The notes under the pieces: model-generated
What the model was told of the DNA's origin: nothing
The model's database searches: none
The model's input: only the letters and a program-made list of their open reading frames with translations
Position numbers and translations under genes: made by a program
Part shown: positions 1-12,897 of the stretch, piece after piece
Layout of the letters: the number at the start of each line of letters is the position of its first letter
How positions within the stretch are numbered: the first letter of the stretch is position 1
NCBI RefSeq assembly: GCF_009914755.1
Contig: NC_060931.1
Length of the DNA: 64,000 nt
Source: the human T2T-CHM13v2.0 reference genome, Homo sapiens
Direction: 5' to 3' (one strand)

Positions 1-272
1 ATTCATTACCAAACTGCATGCATTTGTCAACTGTCTATTATTGTTCAAGGCTATGAATGACTTTTATTTCTCTAGCCAATGCCGATGATAAATGTGGGTA
101 GATGACTAAAAAGTAATAAAAGGAACTAACAGTTTCAGGGTCCTAAAGAACCTATGCCTGCTACAGAATTCTGAAATACTTTTCCTTTTTGACAGTTGTT
201 TCTTTGACATAAACATACACACAAAATCTTTATGAAAGCCTGTCCTTTGCTATGGTATATGAAAGCATGTAA

Positions 273-320
273 TCCATTCTTTATGTACTAGTACTTTCCA
301 TTCTTTATGTACTAATACTT
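273..320. repeat. 24-bp tandem duplication
   Basis: TCCATTCTTTATGTACTAGTACTT (273-296) followed by TCCATTCTTTATGTACTAATACTT (297-320), 1 mismatch. Confidence 0.9.
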
Positions 321-494
321 CTTGGCCTGAAATTATATTGGAAAATGCCAGTATTAAATAAAATAATGAAGTATTAATTATTCTTGCCTTGTTGCTGATC
401 ATAGTATGCTTTGGAATGTTGTTAATGAATATTAGCAAAAGTAAGAGAAGACATTCAGACTGATTTAGGATGAGTTCTGATGTAGAAACATAGC

Positions 495-567
495 TTTTCT
501 TTTCTCCTCCTTCTCCTTCTCTTTCTCCTCCTTCCCCTCTTTATCATCTTCTCTTTCTCCTCTCCCT
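495..567. repeat. CT-rich low-complexity tract
   Basis: Run of CTT/CCT/TCT units. Confidence 0.7.
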
Positions 568-2012
568 TGGGTATTGAATACAAAAATAAAAAGGCAAATG
601 GAGCTTACTTCTTAGGTTCTTATAGTTGGCAATCTGACTGTCTCCTGACATAGTCTTTCTTTTGGCTTTGGGAAAATATCAGCATGAAGAGGGTGACCCT
701 GTGCACTTGTTTTAGATGAAGGTAAACAGAAGACGATATTACTTGCCTGAATGGAGTAGACTATCCCATGGAGGAGAATAATAGCTGTCTTCTAGTTTTT
801 GTTTTTCTAAAAAGACCAGTGAAGACTTAAAAGGAGAAAGAACTGGAGAGGAGGGTGAAAGATGATTACCTTAAGGATTAGAGCTGTTACCCTGGTGAAG
901 TCTGCAAATACTGTTTCTAAGCGATAGGCTGAATGTCTCTTAAATGAAATGAATTACGACCAAGGGATTAGCAGTAAATCTTTACAAGAAAATATCTCTC
1001 AGTTAGTTATTCATTATGATGGTATGATTTCAATAAGAATGGATATTGTTTCAGTCATTAACCATGCTCAGATAAATATTATTTTAAAAGATCGGTAGAA
1101 ATACATCACTTTCTGAAAAAGTTCAAATTTCTCATTTCATCACAAATTCAGCTATGTTAGCTAACATAAAATCATCAAAACTGATTCTTTTAATGAAAAA
1201 AACTGCATTCTTCCTGCTCTTTTTAGTGACCTTACAAATAGAAATATTTTAAACATTTACGTAACATGTACTAGATATAGGAGGTTTTATAGATGCCTTG
1301 TACAATGCTATAATACTCTTGGCATTTTTTATTTTAAAAAAGTAATCAGAAACACATTGGGAGCTCAAGAAATAGTATATATGCTTCAGGTTAACGTGGT
1401 AATGGCTCTGGCCTTTAACCCTGATGCAACTGTTCTATCCTAACAGCTCTTTGTGAAAGGATACCAAATACTGAAGAAATTGGAAAGGTTAACAAAGTTA
1501 GTGGACAAAATAAACTTGATACTGAGAATGAACTTTCACATGCAGCAAAAAAATAAACAGTATTCTCTTAGGCTAGTCTTCAAAGGATGTTTAAGATGCC
1601 TATATGCTTCTCAGTGCTAAGTTCGTCCTCTCTTTTGAGGAGAATTATTTATACAAAGGGTTACCAAATTCATAGTGAGTCAATGATTGCAAATTCATAA
1701 GAACTAAAAATGTATGGGATCATTTGAAAACAATTGATAACTGGCTGCCACTGGGGTGGCAATAATACCTGAGAACTTGCCATTTTTCCAGTCATTTTCA
1801 TGACATCCAAGTGTAAGAGGTATTCTCAAGCTCTACGTAGAACTGAGTGAATTATTTTCCTTCATAATTTACAGAATTTGGGCCCAAAATATAACCTGAA
1901 TTGTTGGCAGCTACAAAGTAATATAAAGCCTGACTTCTGTTACTGACACATTTTTAAAGTTCACAGCTTAGGCTGACTCTACAATGGGAATTACATATCA
2001 GATTACTTTTCT

Positions 2013-2089
2013 TTTTTTTATTATTTATTTATTTATTTATTTATTTTTATTATTATACTTTAAGTTTTAGGGTACATGTGCACATTGTG
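2013..2089 (-). mobile_element. Extremely 5'-truncated young L1 (L1PA2/L1HS-like 3' terminus plus A-rich tail)
   Basis: Reverse complement reads (CTG)CACAATGTGCACATGTACCCTAAAACTTAAAGTATAATAA followed by an (A/TAAA)n tail. Perfect 14-bp TSD CAGATTACTTTTCT at 1999-2012 and 2090-2103. Confidence 0.92.
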
Positions 2090-3738
2090 CAGATTACTTT
2101 TCTATTGTAGAAACAGTAAAGAACACTCTTACTATAAAGCTCTTTGTGTGATCAGCTAAAAACAGTGTGGAAAGACCATTAAAAATACACTGAAAAGGTA
2201 AAGGTATTTTTTTACTTGTTTCTGCATGCCATCTAAGTAGTTTCATTGGTATTTTCTAAAAGCCACACATCACCCTGAAGATGTAAAGATGGTTTCTCTC
2301 TACTGCACACAAGTGCCCCTTAAAAGAAATACCCCAGACCAAAACTCAACAAAGCAGTCTGAATGTTATTATTATTATTATTTTTGTAATGAGAAGTACA
2401 GGTTAGGGACTTCCCCCCATCAAGAAAATAATGTTTACATGTAAGAAAAAGGAAAGGACAGACAAGATTGGTCATATCTGGTTTTGCATTTAAAAATCCA
2501 ATCCTTGATGGCTTAAAAAATAAAATTTCAGGTGGTCTTATTTTTTAACTCAACAAAGTTCCAGTTGTTATACAACTCGTCTTATTAATTTATTGTTGGG
2601 TTCTGCAAAAGCTTCTCCATTTTGCCAGTCTTCCAAAGTATTGGTTGATGTGGCTAGCAGTCTTTCAGAAAACACCAGGATTAACAGGGTATTTGCACAC
2701 CTGCAAAGCTCATTTAATGACTGAAATTGCAAATGCTGCACAAGTAAAACAAAAAAAATGTATATTTTAAGTTATTTTAGTGACCACAGCTATATAACAT
2801 TATTCATAAAACCAAACATGCATGTCTATATATTATGTATTTCAAGATGTAGTTCTGATTGATTATTATCCCATGTCAAATATTTTGATTTGCTGGAAGA
2901 AATGACAAAAATCCTTAAGAAAAATGGGCAAATTTATAAGGAAATACCTAAACAGCAAAAGCATTAAGCAAAGACCCTACTAATCTTGGGAGTCCTAAAG
3001 TCAAGGAACAAATGAAAGCAGACAAGAATCAAGAACAACAAGGCGGGTTATTTTTCTAAGGACTTGCATTTTGATGCATTACCATGCATACTTAGACTAC
3101 ACAAATTAACTTCCCTGGGAGGTATTCTCTGGATGCTCACCCACTTTTCAGATGTGTGCATTTTTTTTCAAACTGGCATTTGATTGTTAAGTTTTCCTCA
3201 AGAGATTCTCATTTTGATGATTTCTAGTTTTCTTGAAAATGCTCTTTTTTCATAAAATCATTTTAACTGAGGGCTGAGCTTTCACCCTGACTTAGTATGG
3301 TGACCTGAGGTTGAGAGGGATTATATATTCAGGACTGAAATTATAACCTGAGCAATAAATATCATATAGAAATTCTACCCACGTTTCACTTCTAAAGCTC
3401 GTAGCAGACTTATCTAATTGATTAGGGAACTAGACATAGCTTGAGAATCTTCCACAAGTCCTTGTTCAAGGCAGCCACCATTAAGTTCTTGGTTCAAATG
3501 ATGAAATCTATTTGGCATTCCACATTAGATTTATATTCTAAGCTTTAATATCTACTCTTTCTCTTCTCTTCATTGGAGATGATAACATTTACTTACTGCT
3601 TCACTGACATAAGAACCAGCCCTCGAGAAGAATATACAGAGGTATAGTGCAACTTTTTCTTCTAAAGCTATTGAACTATGGTAAACATCCTATGACTAAA
3701 AGAGACTTTAACAGAATTTCCCTAAGAGATTATAATCT

Positions 3739-4039
3739 TTTATTTATTTATTTTTTGAGATAGGGGCTTGCTGTGTCATCTAGGCTAGAGTGCAGTGCAG
3801 TAGCACAATCTTGGCTCACTGCAGCTTTGACTTCCCGGGCTCAAGCAGTCCTCCCACTTTAGCCTCCCAAGTAGCTAGGACCACATGTGCTTGCCACCAG
3901 GCCCAGCTAATTTTTATATTTTTTGTAGAGACAGGGTTTCCTCATGTTTCCCAGACTGGTCTTGAACCCTGGTCTCAATCCTGCCTGCGTCAGCCTCCTA
4001 AAATGCTGGGATTACAGGCATGAGCCACCACGCCTGGCC
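3739..4039 (-). mobile_element. AluJ-type SINE
   Basis: Diverged Alu dimer in antisense. TSD TATAATCT at 3731 and 4040. Confidence 0.9.
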
Positions 4040-4099
4040 TATAATCTGTTTTATTTCTAAGTCACCGTTGCTCATCCTACGTTCATTCTTACAAAATGA

Positions 4100-4444
<345 letters not shown>

Positions 4445-5208
4445 CAAAATGGAAATTTTTAGGAAGTTAGGTTTTGCTTGTGAAAGTGATTATACGCTCT
4501 CCTACCACTATCATTTTACTGTGGGTGCAGGAAAAGAAGAAATAAGATTTGCTCCTTAATAGATAAGCTTGGTGTTATTGACTTTAAAATGAAAATTATC
4601 CTTAAAAACCTTAAAAATCACAGCTTGCTAAATATTAGTAACTAATGCACTCACTGCTCTCTTTATATATATTTTTCAAAATGTAAAGAATTTGCTACTT
4701 AACTTTCAGCTTTATTTGAAAACTAATTTTCAACTCAGAAAACCTGTGGGTTTTGTACATTTTCAGTATAAGAGAATGGGTACTAAGTTACAGTTAGAGG
4801 CTTTAAATAAGTGGAGATTCCCATTTTGAGTGGGTGTGAGGGCACATCTGCAAATTGTAGTCCTGATTCAACTTCAGTCTGTGTTTTCCTCAGTGTGACT
4901 CATTCAGTCATCACCCAGGCTGTGTGATTACTGACTCCGAAGTATGTGAAACACTCAAACAGTTGGGATTCCTTTTGGAGCATATACAAACAACTTAAAT
5001 CTTCCAATTCAGATTATGTGGTTGGGCTTAAGACCGTTATGAAGGCGGGGAGGAAAAACCTGAAGGCTGTTTGTGGCTACAGGGTGTGGTGTTGTGGGGT
5101 TGGTGGCAGAGATCTGTGGTGTTAGTTAATACAGGAAGATACTCAAGTTACATTCAGTGTAACATACCAAACTTGCAAATTCTGTCTCCCTCCCTCTCTT
5201 TCTTTCAG

Positions 5209-5247
5209 GAGTAGTTGCCAGCAACCTTCCTGCCAACTTGGCCCAAG
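5209..5247 (+). other. Candidate 39-nt cassette exon (unverified)
   Basis: Pyrimidine tract TCTGTCTCCCTCCCTCTCTTTCTTTCAG acceptor, AAG|GTAGGT donor, length divisible by 3, two frames open. Confidence 0.3.
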
Positions 5248-5504
5248 GTAGGTTACTTTAGGTACACTAGAAAACCAATTTCTCTGCAGTTTTTCATCCT
5301 TATCAAACTCACCTAAAGTCTAAAGAAAAACTCTTTCTGATTATAGATATTTGTTTCAATCAGTTTTATAGGAACGGCAGTCTCTGCTCATCTCTCCTTC
5401 CTGAAATTCTAGAACTCTTTAAACACAATTGCCACAAAATTGCCATGGAAGGAAACCTTTCATCACTTTTTAAATTATTGTCTCCATTTTTCAATTCTTT
5501 GGAT

Positions 5505-5900
5505 GTTAAAAATTGGGATATAATTTGCATACCATGATATTCACTGTTTTAAAGTGTACATGTCAGTGGTTTTTAGCTTTTATTCACAGAGTTGTGCAAC
5601 CATTATCATTATCTCATTCCAGAACATGTTCGTCACCCAGAAAAGAAACCCCATACCCGTTAGCCATCACTTCCCATTCTTCCCTCTTTCTAGCTCCTGG
5701 CAACTCCTAATCTATTTTCTGTCTTTATGGATATGCCTATTCTGGACATTTCATATAATTGGAAATAAAATGTGTGGCCATTTGTGACTGGCTTCTTTCA
5801 CTAGGCATAATATTTTCAAGATTCATCTATGGGTGAATAATTTTCTATTTTATGGATATACCACATTTTATTTATCCATTTATTGTTTGATGGACATCTG
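5505..5900 (-). mobile_element. Old L1 3' end (L1MB-like)
   Basis: Antisense L1M 3'UTR words: TTAAAGTGTACA, TTCACAGAGTTGTGCAACCA, TCTGGACATTTCATATAA, GACTGGCTTCTTTCACT. Confidence 0.8.
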
Positions 5901-6044
5901 ATCAGGAAATGAATTCCTTCCTCTTTTCTTCTTTTCTTATTTCTCTCATTTTGCTTCATATTATTCCAGTTTTTGTTAACTTTGTGATATTTGTTACAGG
6001 TTATTTGATTCCACATATGGAAAATCCTAGTCTTGCTTTCTGAA

Positions 6045-6210
6045 CTAAAGCTCTCAAACTTTAATGTGCATACAACCACATAGGGCTCTTTTTAAAATGC
6101 AGACTCTTTAATAAGACAGGATGTGAAGCCTGTGATTCTGCATTTCTAATGAGTTCCCAGGTAAAGCTGATCCTGTTGATTTGTATATTACCCCTTGGAC
6201 ATCAAGGATT
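6045..6210. mobile_element. MER5-type hAT-Charlie DNA element
   Basis: CTCAAACTTTAATGTGCAT...TTAAAATGCAGA...TCTGCATTTCTAA...TTCCCAGGT. Confidence 0.65.
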
Positions 6211-6309
6211 CCAACTATGCATTCCACTGAAGGAAAATGTTCTAATTATCATTGTTAATGCCAGGCACCCTTGTAGATGTTTTCACAAATTTTAAGTTTA
6301 TCTGAATAT

Positions 6310-6410
6310 TTTATTAATAGCTATTGAATACCTGACAGAGACCGTATAGCCCACAACGCCTAATATGTGGACTATTGAGCCCTTTATAAAAAAATTTGCT
6401 GACCCATGGT
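6310..6410. mobile_element. MER58-like DNA element fragment
   Basis: CAGAGACCGTATAGCCCACAA...CCCTTTATAAAAAAATTTGCTGACCC. Confidence 0.6.
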
Positions 6411-6779
6411 TTAAAGACATACTATATTGTGAAACAATTTAAATCAATCTACGTAGGCAAATCTATGTACAGCATAAGAAATTAGGGATTAGAACTGGAG
6501 TAATTTAGCACTGTTGATGATCAAGAACATTTCATATGTATCACTTTTTCATGATGATACAACTGAAAAATAAAAGTGAAGTCAATATTTTTAACCATTT
6601 GAACGTGTAAAGTTTGGCTTGAATCCAACTCTGTAAATTCTGTGGATGTACCCAAGCAGCTGAAGGAGGCTGGAAAATAAAGACAAAAATAGTCACACTT
6701 TAATTTTATGATTAGCAAACTCAGCTGGACTGTTAATGAAGTATAGCAATTATTTCCCTAACCCATTTCCATCCCTACC

Positions 6780-8590
6780 CTTCTAGATGACTCTCCATGC
6801 TTTTTCTTCTCCATCCAAACCCCCAACACCTCATCTCCCATTCTCAATCTTAACTGATGACCCCTTCCTTTCTACTAAGGAAATAAAATCTATCAGAAGA
6901 GAATTTCCATTTGTTCCACCACTACGTCCTTCTCCACCTGCATCTTGGCCTCTACTCTGGTTTTCCTATTTCACTAGATAAATTGTGCTCTTGACAAAGG
7001 CCAAATCTATCACTTGTGCACTATATCCCAACCTCTCTGACTTACTCCGGAACATCGTGACAGCATTTCTGTTTTGCTCCTGTATCATCAAGTTTAGCTT
7101 TTCTACTAGATTTTTTCTATCAGCATACTAACATGTTTTTTTTTTTTTGTCTTAAAAAAAACTAAAATTTCCTGACACATCCCTCTTTGAGCATCTCTTT
7201 CTCTCCTTACTTTGATAGGAAATGTACTTGAAAGAGCTTTCTATACTTAGTCTACAGCTTTCCATCCATTTTCTCTCTAGTTTACCCTAACGGAGCTTTA
7301 ATTCTTCCACTTCCCCTGAAACTGCTCTTACTAAGGCCGCCACTGACCTCACCATTAACATTTCCGGTGGTTATTCTCAATACTGATTTTGTCATTGTCG
7401 TGAAGCACTCCTTTTATAACATATGTATCTCTGGCTAAGACCCACACTCTTCAATTACTGTAGCCATTTTCTCTTCACTCCCTTTTGCTATTTCCTTCTC
7501 ATCTCTGAAGCCTAATCATGGGTCCTCCTCCTTTCTCTATCTACACTAAATCCCTTATTAAATCATTGCTAAGGGATGTAATACCACATGTATGCCTACA
7601 GCTTCAGGATTTGTATCTCCATCCTAAACTTCTCTCCTGAACTCTGAAATCTTAAATCCTACTACTCCCACACCATCTTCCTTTGGATGTAAAATGGGCA
7701 TCTCTCAAACTTAATGTGCCTACAAGTAAATTATTAACATTTTCCATCACTCCAAATCATCTTCTCCTTCTGTCTTACTCAGCTCTGCCAATGGTAATTT
7801 TATTTTTACAGTTGCTTAGACCAAAACTATTGGGATCATTCCCGATTCCTCTTTCTTTCATACCTCATATCAAATCCATCAAGACATCTTGTCAGCACTT
7901 TACTTAAAATACATCTGGAACCCAATCACATTTCTTCATTTCTACAGCCGCCATCCTAGTCTGATCCACCATCATCTCTCACCTGGATTATTGTAATAGC
8001 CTCATCGTGGGTCTCCCTGCTTTCTGCTCCTGATTTCCTTTCCTATTTTCACTAGAGCAGCCAGCGATTCCTAGAATACCACATCATTTTATACATTCTT
8101 CAGTAACTCTTCATTTCACAAAGAGTAAAAGCCAATGTGTTTCCAATGGACCACAGGGAACTACAAACTGTTCCTATGATTTTATTCCTTATCTTTCTCT
8201 CCTTGCTTGTTCTGCCTCAGCAGCCTTGGCCTCTGCTTTTTTCACAAACCTGCCAGGCACATCTATGCCTTGAAGCCTTTGTGCTCTCAGTTCTGTTCCC
8301 CTGGAGAACCCTCCAGATTTTCACATGGCTCATTCCTTCATTGTCTTCAGGTCTCAATTCCTTCTCTGTTAGGCCATCCTCCCTCATCTCTCTTCTTTGA
8401 TTTGATGTTCTCCAAAACACTTAGGCACCCCAACCAGACAATATCTACCTGCTTACTCTGGTTATTGAGTCTGTTGTCTTAAAACGTAACCTCAGTGAGA
8501 GTAGAGATTTCTATATTTTGTTTACTGTTATATTCCCAACTCTTGCATCGGGCACATAGTTGGTGTCAATACTATGTGATGAATGGATAA
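6780..8590 (+). mobile_element. L2 LINE (L2a-like) 3' portion
   Basis: Pyrimidine-rich L2 body (GGGCATCTCTCAAACTTAAT, ATCATCTCTCACCTGGATTA) ending in the L2 tail GGCACATAGT...TCAATA...GAATG. Confidence 0.8.
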
Positions 8591-9185
8591 TTTCCAAACT
8601 AAGTAAAGATTGGTTTTGTTCCTGTGAGCATACAACTAAAGGCTTAAAACCTTCAACTTCTAGACAAGAGTTCCTCTGTCTAGAGCAATTTCAAGTCAAT
8701 GTTATCTCCTCAAAGAGTGATCTGGGTGCTGTTACTTGTCATTCTTTTTTTTCTCTCTCTCTGCAAGATTAAAAAGACATAGTGCTGACTTTTGCCATCA
8801 TTCAAAAACACTTCAAGGACTGTTACAATGTTTTCTGCACAGACGTCTTCTTATGTCTTAGAGTAACAGTTACCAGTGCAGCTCTGTGTTTGCCTTTGAG
8901 TTGCTTTAGCCAGGACAACGCCTGTCATATCTCAAAACACCCCAAGTCTTCTGATTAAATAAAAAGAAGACTTTATCCTATAGAGAAGTCCTCTTTAGAA
9001 AGTGTTTTGCTACTACTACAAGGAAGCATTGTTGATTTGAAAAATCATTTCCCATTTACAGAAAACAAAGATAGCCTTTGAAATCTCTGAAAGTTAAAAA
9101 GTCGTGTTTTAATGCTCTCCAAAAGGGGCTCATAGCTGTTCCATTTTGCCTCATGTGTGGGCTCTCTAATCTGTACCAATTTGTA

Positions 9186-9865
9186 AAAACTTTTCTTTTA
9201 GGTTCAGGAATACGTATGCAGGCTTGTTATATAGGTAAACTGCCTGTCACAGTGGTCTGGTGCACAGATTATTTTGTCTCCCAGGTAATAAAGATAGTAC
9301 TAGGTAGATATTTTTTTCTTATCCTCTCCCTCCTCCCACTCTCCACCCTCAAGTAGGCCCCAGTGTCTGTTTTTCCCCTTTTTGTGTCCTTGTGTTCCTA
9401 TGGTTTAGCTCATACTTACAAGTGAGAACATGTGGTATTTGGTTTTCTGTCCCTGCATTAGTTTGCTTAGAATAATGCCCTCTTGCTCCATCCATGTTCT
9501 CGCAAAGAACACGATCTCATTCTTTTTTTTGTGACTGCATATAGTATTCCATGGTGTATATATACCACATTTTCTTTATCTCATCTACTGTCAACAGGCA
9601 TTTAGACTGATTCCATGTTTTTGTTACTGTGAACAGCACTGCAGTGGACATGCACATGCATGTGTCCTTATGGCAGAACAATTTATATTCCCTTGGGATA
9701 TACCCAATAATGGGAATGCCAGGTCAAATGGTAATTCTGTTTTAAGTTTTTTAAGGAATCGCTATACTGCTTTCCGCAACGGCTGAACTAATTTACACCC
9801 CCACCAACAGTGTATAAGTCTTTCCTTTTCTCTGCAACCTCACCAGCATCGTTATTTTTATGTAT
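9186..9865 (-). mobile_element. L1PA15/16-like 3' end
   Basis: Antisense L1 3'UTR: GGTTCAGG...ATGCAGGCTTGTTATATAGGTAAAC, AGTGAGAACATG, GGCTGAACTAATTTACA. Confidence 0.85.
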
Positions 9866-11810
9866 TGACAAATGATGTCTCATTCAGAGTCCAATGGAGC
9901 AGCTGTAAATTTATTGCTAGCATCTGCCTTTATAAAATTCAGGCATTTAACTTCTCATTAGTAGGATTGATAGGGAAGTATATTTTGTTTATATTTATAT
10001 ATTTGTATAAATTTATATATTTATATTTGTCTCTGTATTTAGAGACTATTGGTAAACTTTGCCTGTCCGTAAAAAAAAAAAGGATATAAAAATTGAGAAT
10101 GAATAATAAGTCAGGCTTCCTGCTAAATTGCTCCCTTGCTTTGAGGAGCTTTGCCAGCATGAAGAGCCAGTCCACAGCAGCCCCAGATAGTGGTTTTTGG
10201 CTAAGCATCAAGTGATTAACATTATTCATATATAGTCCAAAGCACAAAAGCTGGCTATGTTTTATACTAAGATTAGAATTGTGTTGAGTTAAATACAGAA
10301 TTTAATATTTTGAAATGTTACCAAGAGATTTGATTTTTTAAAAATTGGTGTGCTATGGATTCCTTAATTTTACCTAGAATTATATTGAACTCTAAAACCA
10401 AATTTTCGTATGCACATATAATTATGCAACTTCAGTATTCATTTTCAGATTGTCTTACCATCATGGTTTTCTCTATCTTGCATCAGAAGAAGAAATAGAC
10501 TCCTTTTCCAAATGTGAGATTTCAAATAGTGCCCATTGGTTCCTTTTTCTTATATCCTAAGAGACTTAGTTCCATCAAGTATTCCTCTATACCAGCTGTC
10601 TTTCTAAAGGATCCTTCTTTTCAGTCTAAAATATAACTGAGTCTTGTTCAATTAAAGCAAACAAGCAGCAACATTTTCTGTATCCTACTGACCCTTTATG
10701 CCACCGACAAGCCTCTCTTAATGTCTTTATAGTTAAAGTACATTTGAGTCATCTCTGAGTTTAATTTGCTAATCCTTACGCAGTCTTAAGGGCTACTTTT
10801 AAGGCCCATTTACTTAACTTTGAAGTTAGAGAACAGCCTAAGTAGGCTAGCTGCCTTGTGGGTCAGTTTGTTGTGAGGATGATGACAGTACTAATTCACA
10901 GATTGAAATTGCGCTTTTTATTTTAAAATCACTTACAGAGGCATGTGCTCATTTGTTATTGAAGAATCCTACACAGTCTGTGGCAAACAGATTTTAGTTT
11001 ATAATTGTTGTGGGGGTTTAACATGCTCTTCTATAAAAGGGGATATTTAAGTATATTAATGGAGAATGGCAAAAGGATTTTCTTGGTGTTTCCACGCTAC
11101 AATTCACCTTAAAACGTCTATCCTTGTATTTTTACTATTTCTGTTTTTCCATTACTTATTCTTGCAGTGGTTTCTGTCTAGCAAGCTAAGGAAAAAATTT
11201 AAGCCACCTTGCAAAAACTTGCAATAATGTCTTACTTACAAACTGTTTTCGGTCCACATAGTCCCATATTCTCTAAAAAATTTAATGTTGTTAAAACCAA
11301 GCTTTCCTTGAAAATCTCTTATGTTGACTTCTATGTGTCTTCTTTTTCTTTCTCTGGGTCTGGCACGTTCAACAACAAATGTTTTTGGACCTTCTACTTC
11401 TTACTCAAGTTTCTGTTCTTGACTCCTTATAACCCTTTGGTAATTTCATCAACCAATGGAAAAGTATTTTGTGAATGTACATCTCTAGCCCGGTTCTTTT
11501 TCCCAGGTGCTAGCTGAGCATGACAACTAGCTGACTCCTTTATTTGTAAATTTCATATACCTCTTTCTGAAGTTACTTCTCCTCCCCATTCAGCTTTTTG
11601 TGTTTGCAATATTGTTCCACCACTCCCCAACTCATGCAAGCTTGATGTTTTAATCAACAATATTTTCCTAGCCTCCTTTGTTAATTCTACTGCTGTCTCC
11701 TATATCCCCTCTTTCACACGTCAGTCTCTTATAATCTATCAGAAATCATTACAGCAACTTCATTTTTCTTTTGTACCCCTAAATTTGTCCTGCTCGCATA
11801 TATTCATCTA

Positions 11811-12135
11811 TTTTTATTTTATTTTATTTTATTTTTTATTTTTTGAGACATGGTCTCACTCTCTTGCCCAGGCTGGAGTGCAGTGGTGGTATCATAACTC
11901 ACTGCAGCCTCAGTCTCTGGGCTCAAGTGATCCTCCCTCTTCAGCCTCTCAAGTAGCTGGGACTACAGGCCCATGCCACCATGCCCACCTTATTGGTTTT
12001 TTAAATAATTTTTTTACGTAGAAATGAAGTCTTGCTATGTTGCTCATTCTGGTCTCAAACTCCCAGGCTCGAGTGATCCTCCTGCCTCAGCCTCCCAAAG
12101 TGCTGGAATTACAAGAGTGATCCACTGTGCCTGGC
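11811..12135 (-). mobile_element. AluJ-type SINE
   Basis: Diverged Alu with (TTTTA)n tail. TSD ATTCATCTA at 11802-11810 and 12136-12144. Confidence 0.9.
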
Positions 12136-12862
12136 ATTCATCTAGTTTTAAATCATGTTTCTGATCATATTTGTAGACTCACAAACCTCATCTCCTGAAA
12201 CTCAGCTTTGCAGCCTTGTCTTCTTGAGAGAACATCAGTGGTAGTCCCTCTAGCCCTACATGTCCCATATTTGTCTTTCCTCAATATAATTCCCCATAAA
12301 GACATTCCTGATCACTATGGCTAGAAGAGATTCTTCTCTTTTCTGATCTAGCACATAATGCAATCATGTTTCTGCATGACTTGCTTTCTATGTTGTATAA
12401 TTGCAATGTATTCTGGTATTATAAACTCATCAAAGACAGATTTCAGGTTCAGTTACCTTTATATTCTCTATGGTGATTCTTCCAGGGCTTTATATATCAA
12501 AAGCACATGATGATTGGTTAATGAGTACAAAAACCTAATATTCATTATATTTATACCATAGTTGCATTATATGGTACATAAAAATTACATGATCCTGTAA
12601 ATGAAAGATAATTCTGGATATAGCATCATGTAGTATAAGAGATAATAAATATATTCATCACTTGTTATGGGTATATGGTTTCATAGCCTTAAATTTTGTG
12701 GGAGCCCTGTATATTCAATAAGGGACATTAATCTGAGTAATAAAGGATGGAGAATACCATTATCTTGGGAGTTTTCTAAAACTGCATAGAGCAATAGGCC
12801 TGGATTTGGCACCACAGGTCATTTCCCCTTTTCCCCCAACCTCTCTCCCCAGCCATTGCCAC

Positions 12863-12863
<1 letters not shown>

Positions 12864-12894
<31 letters not shown>
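12864..12894. repeat. Orphan poly(A), 31 nt
   Basis: Uninterrupted A31 with no adjacent Alu or L1 body. Confidence 0.85.

Positions 12895-12897
<3 letters not shown>

Noticed and set aside
3415-3424. TAATTGATTA paired-homeodomain palindrome
   Set aside because: Expected by chance in 64 kb of AT-rich DNA; no supporting context
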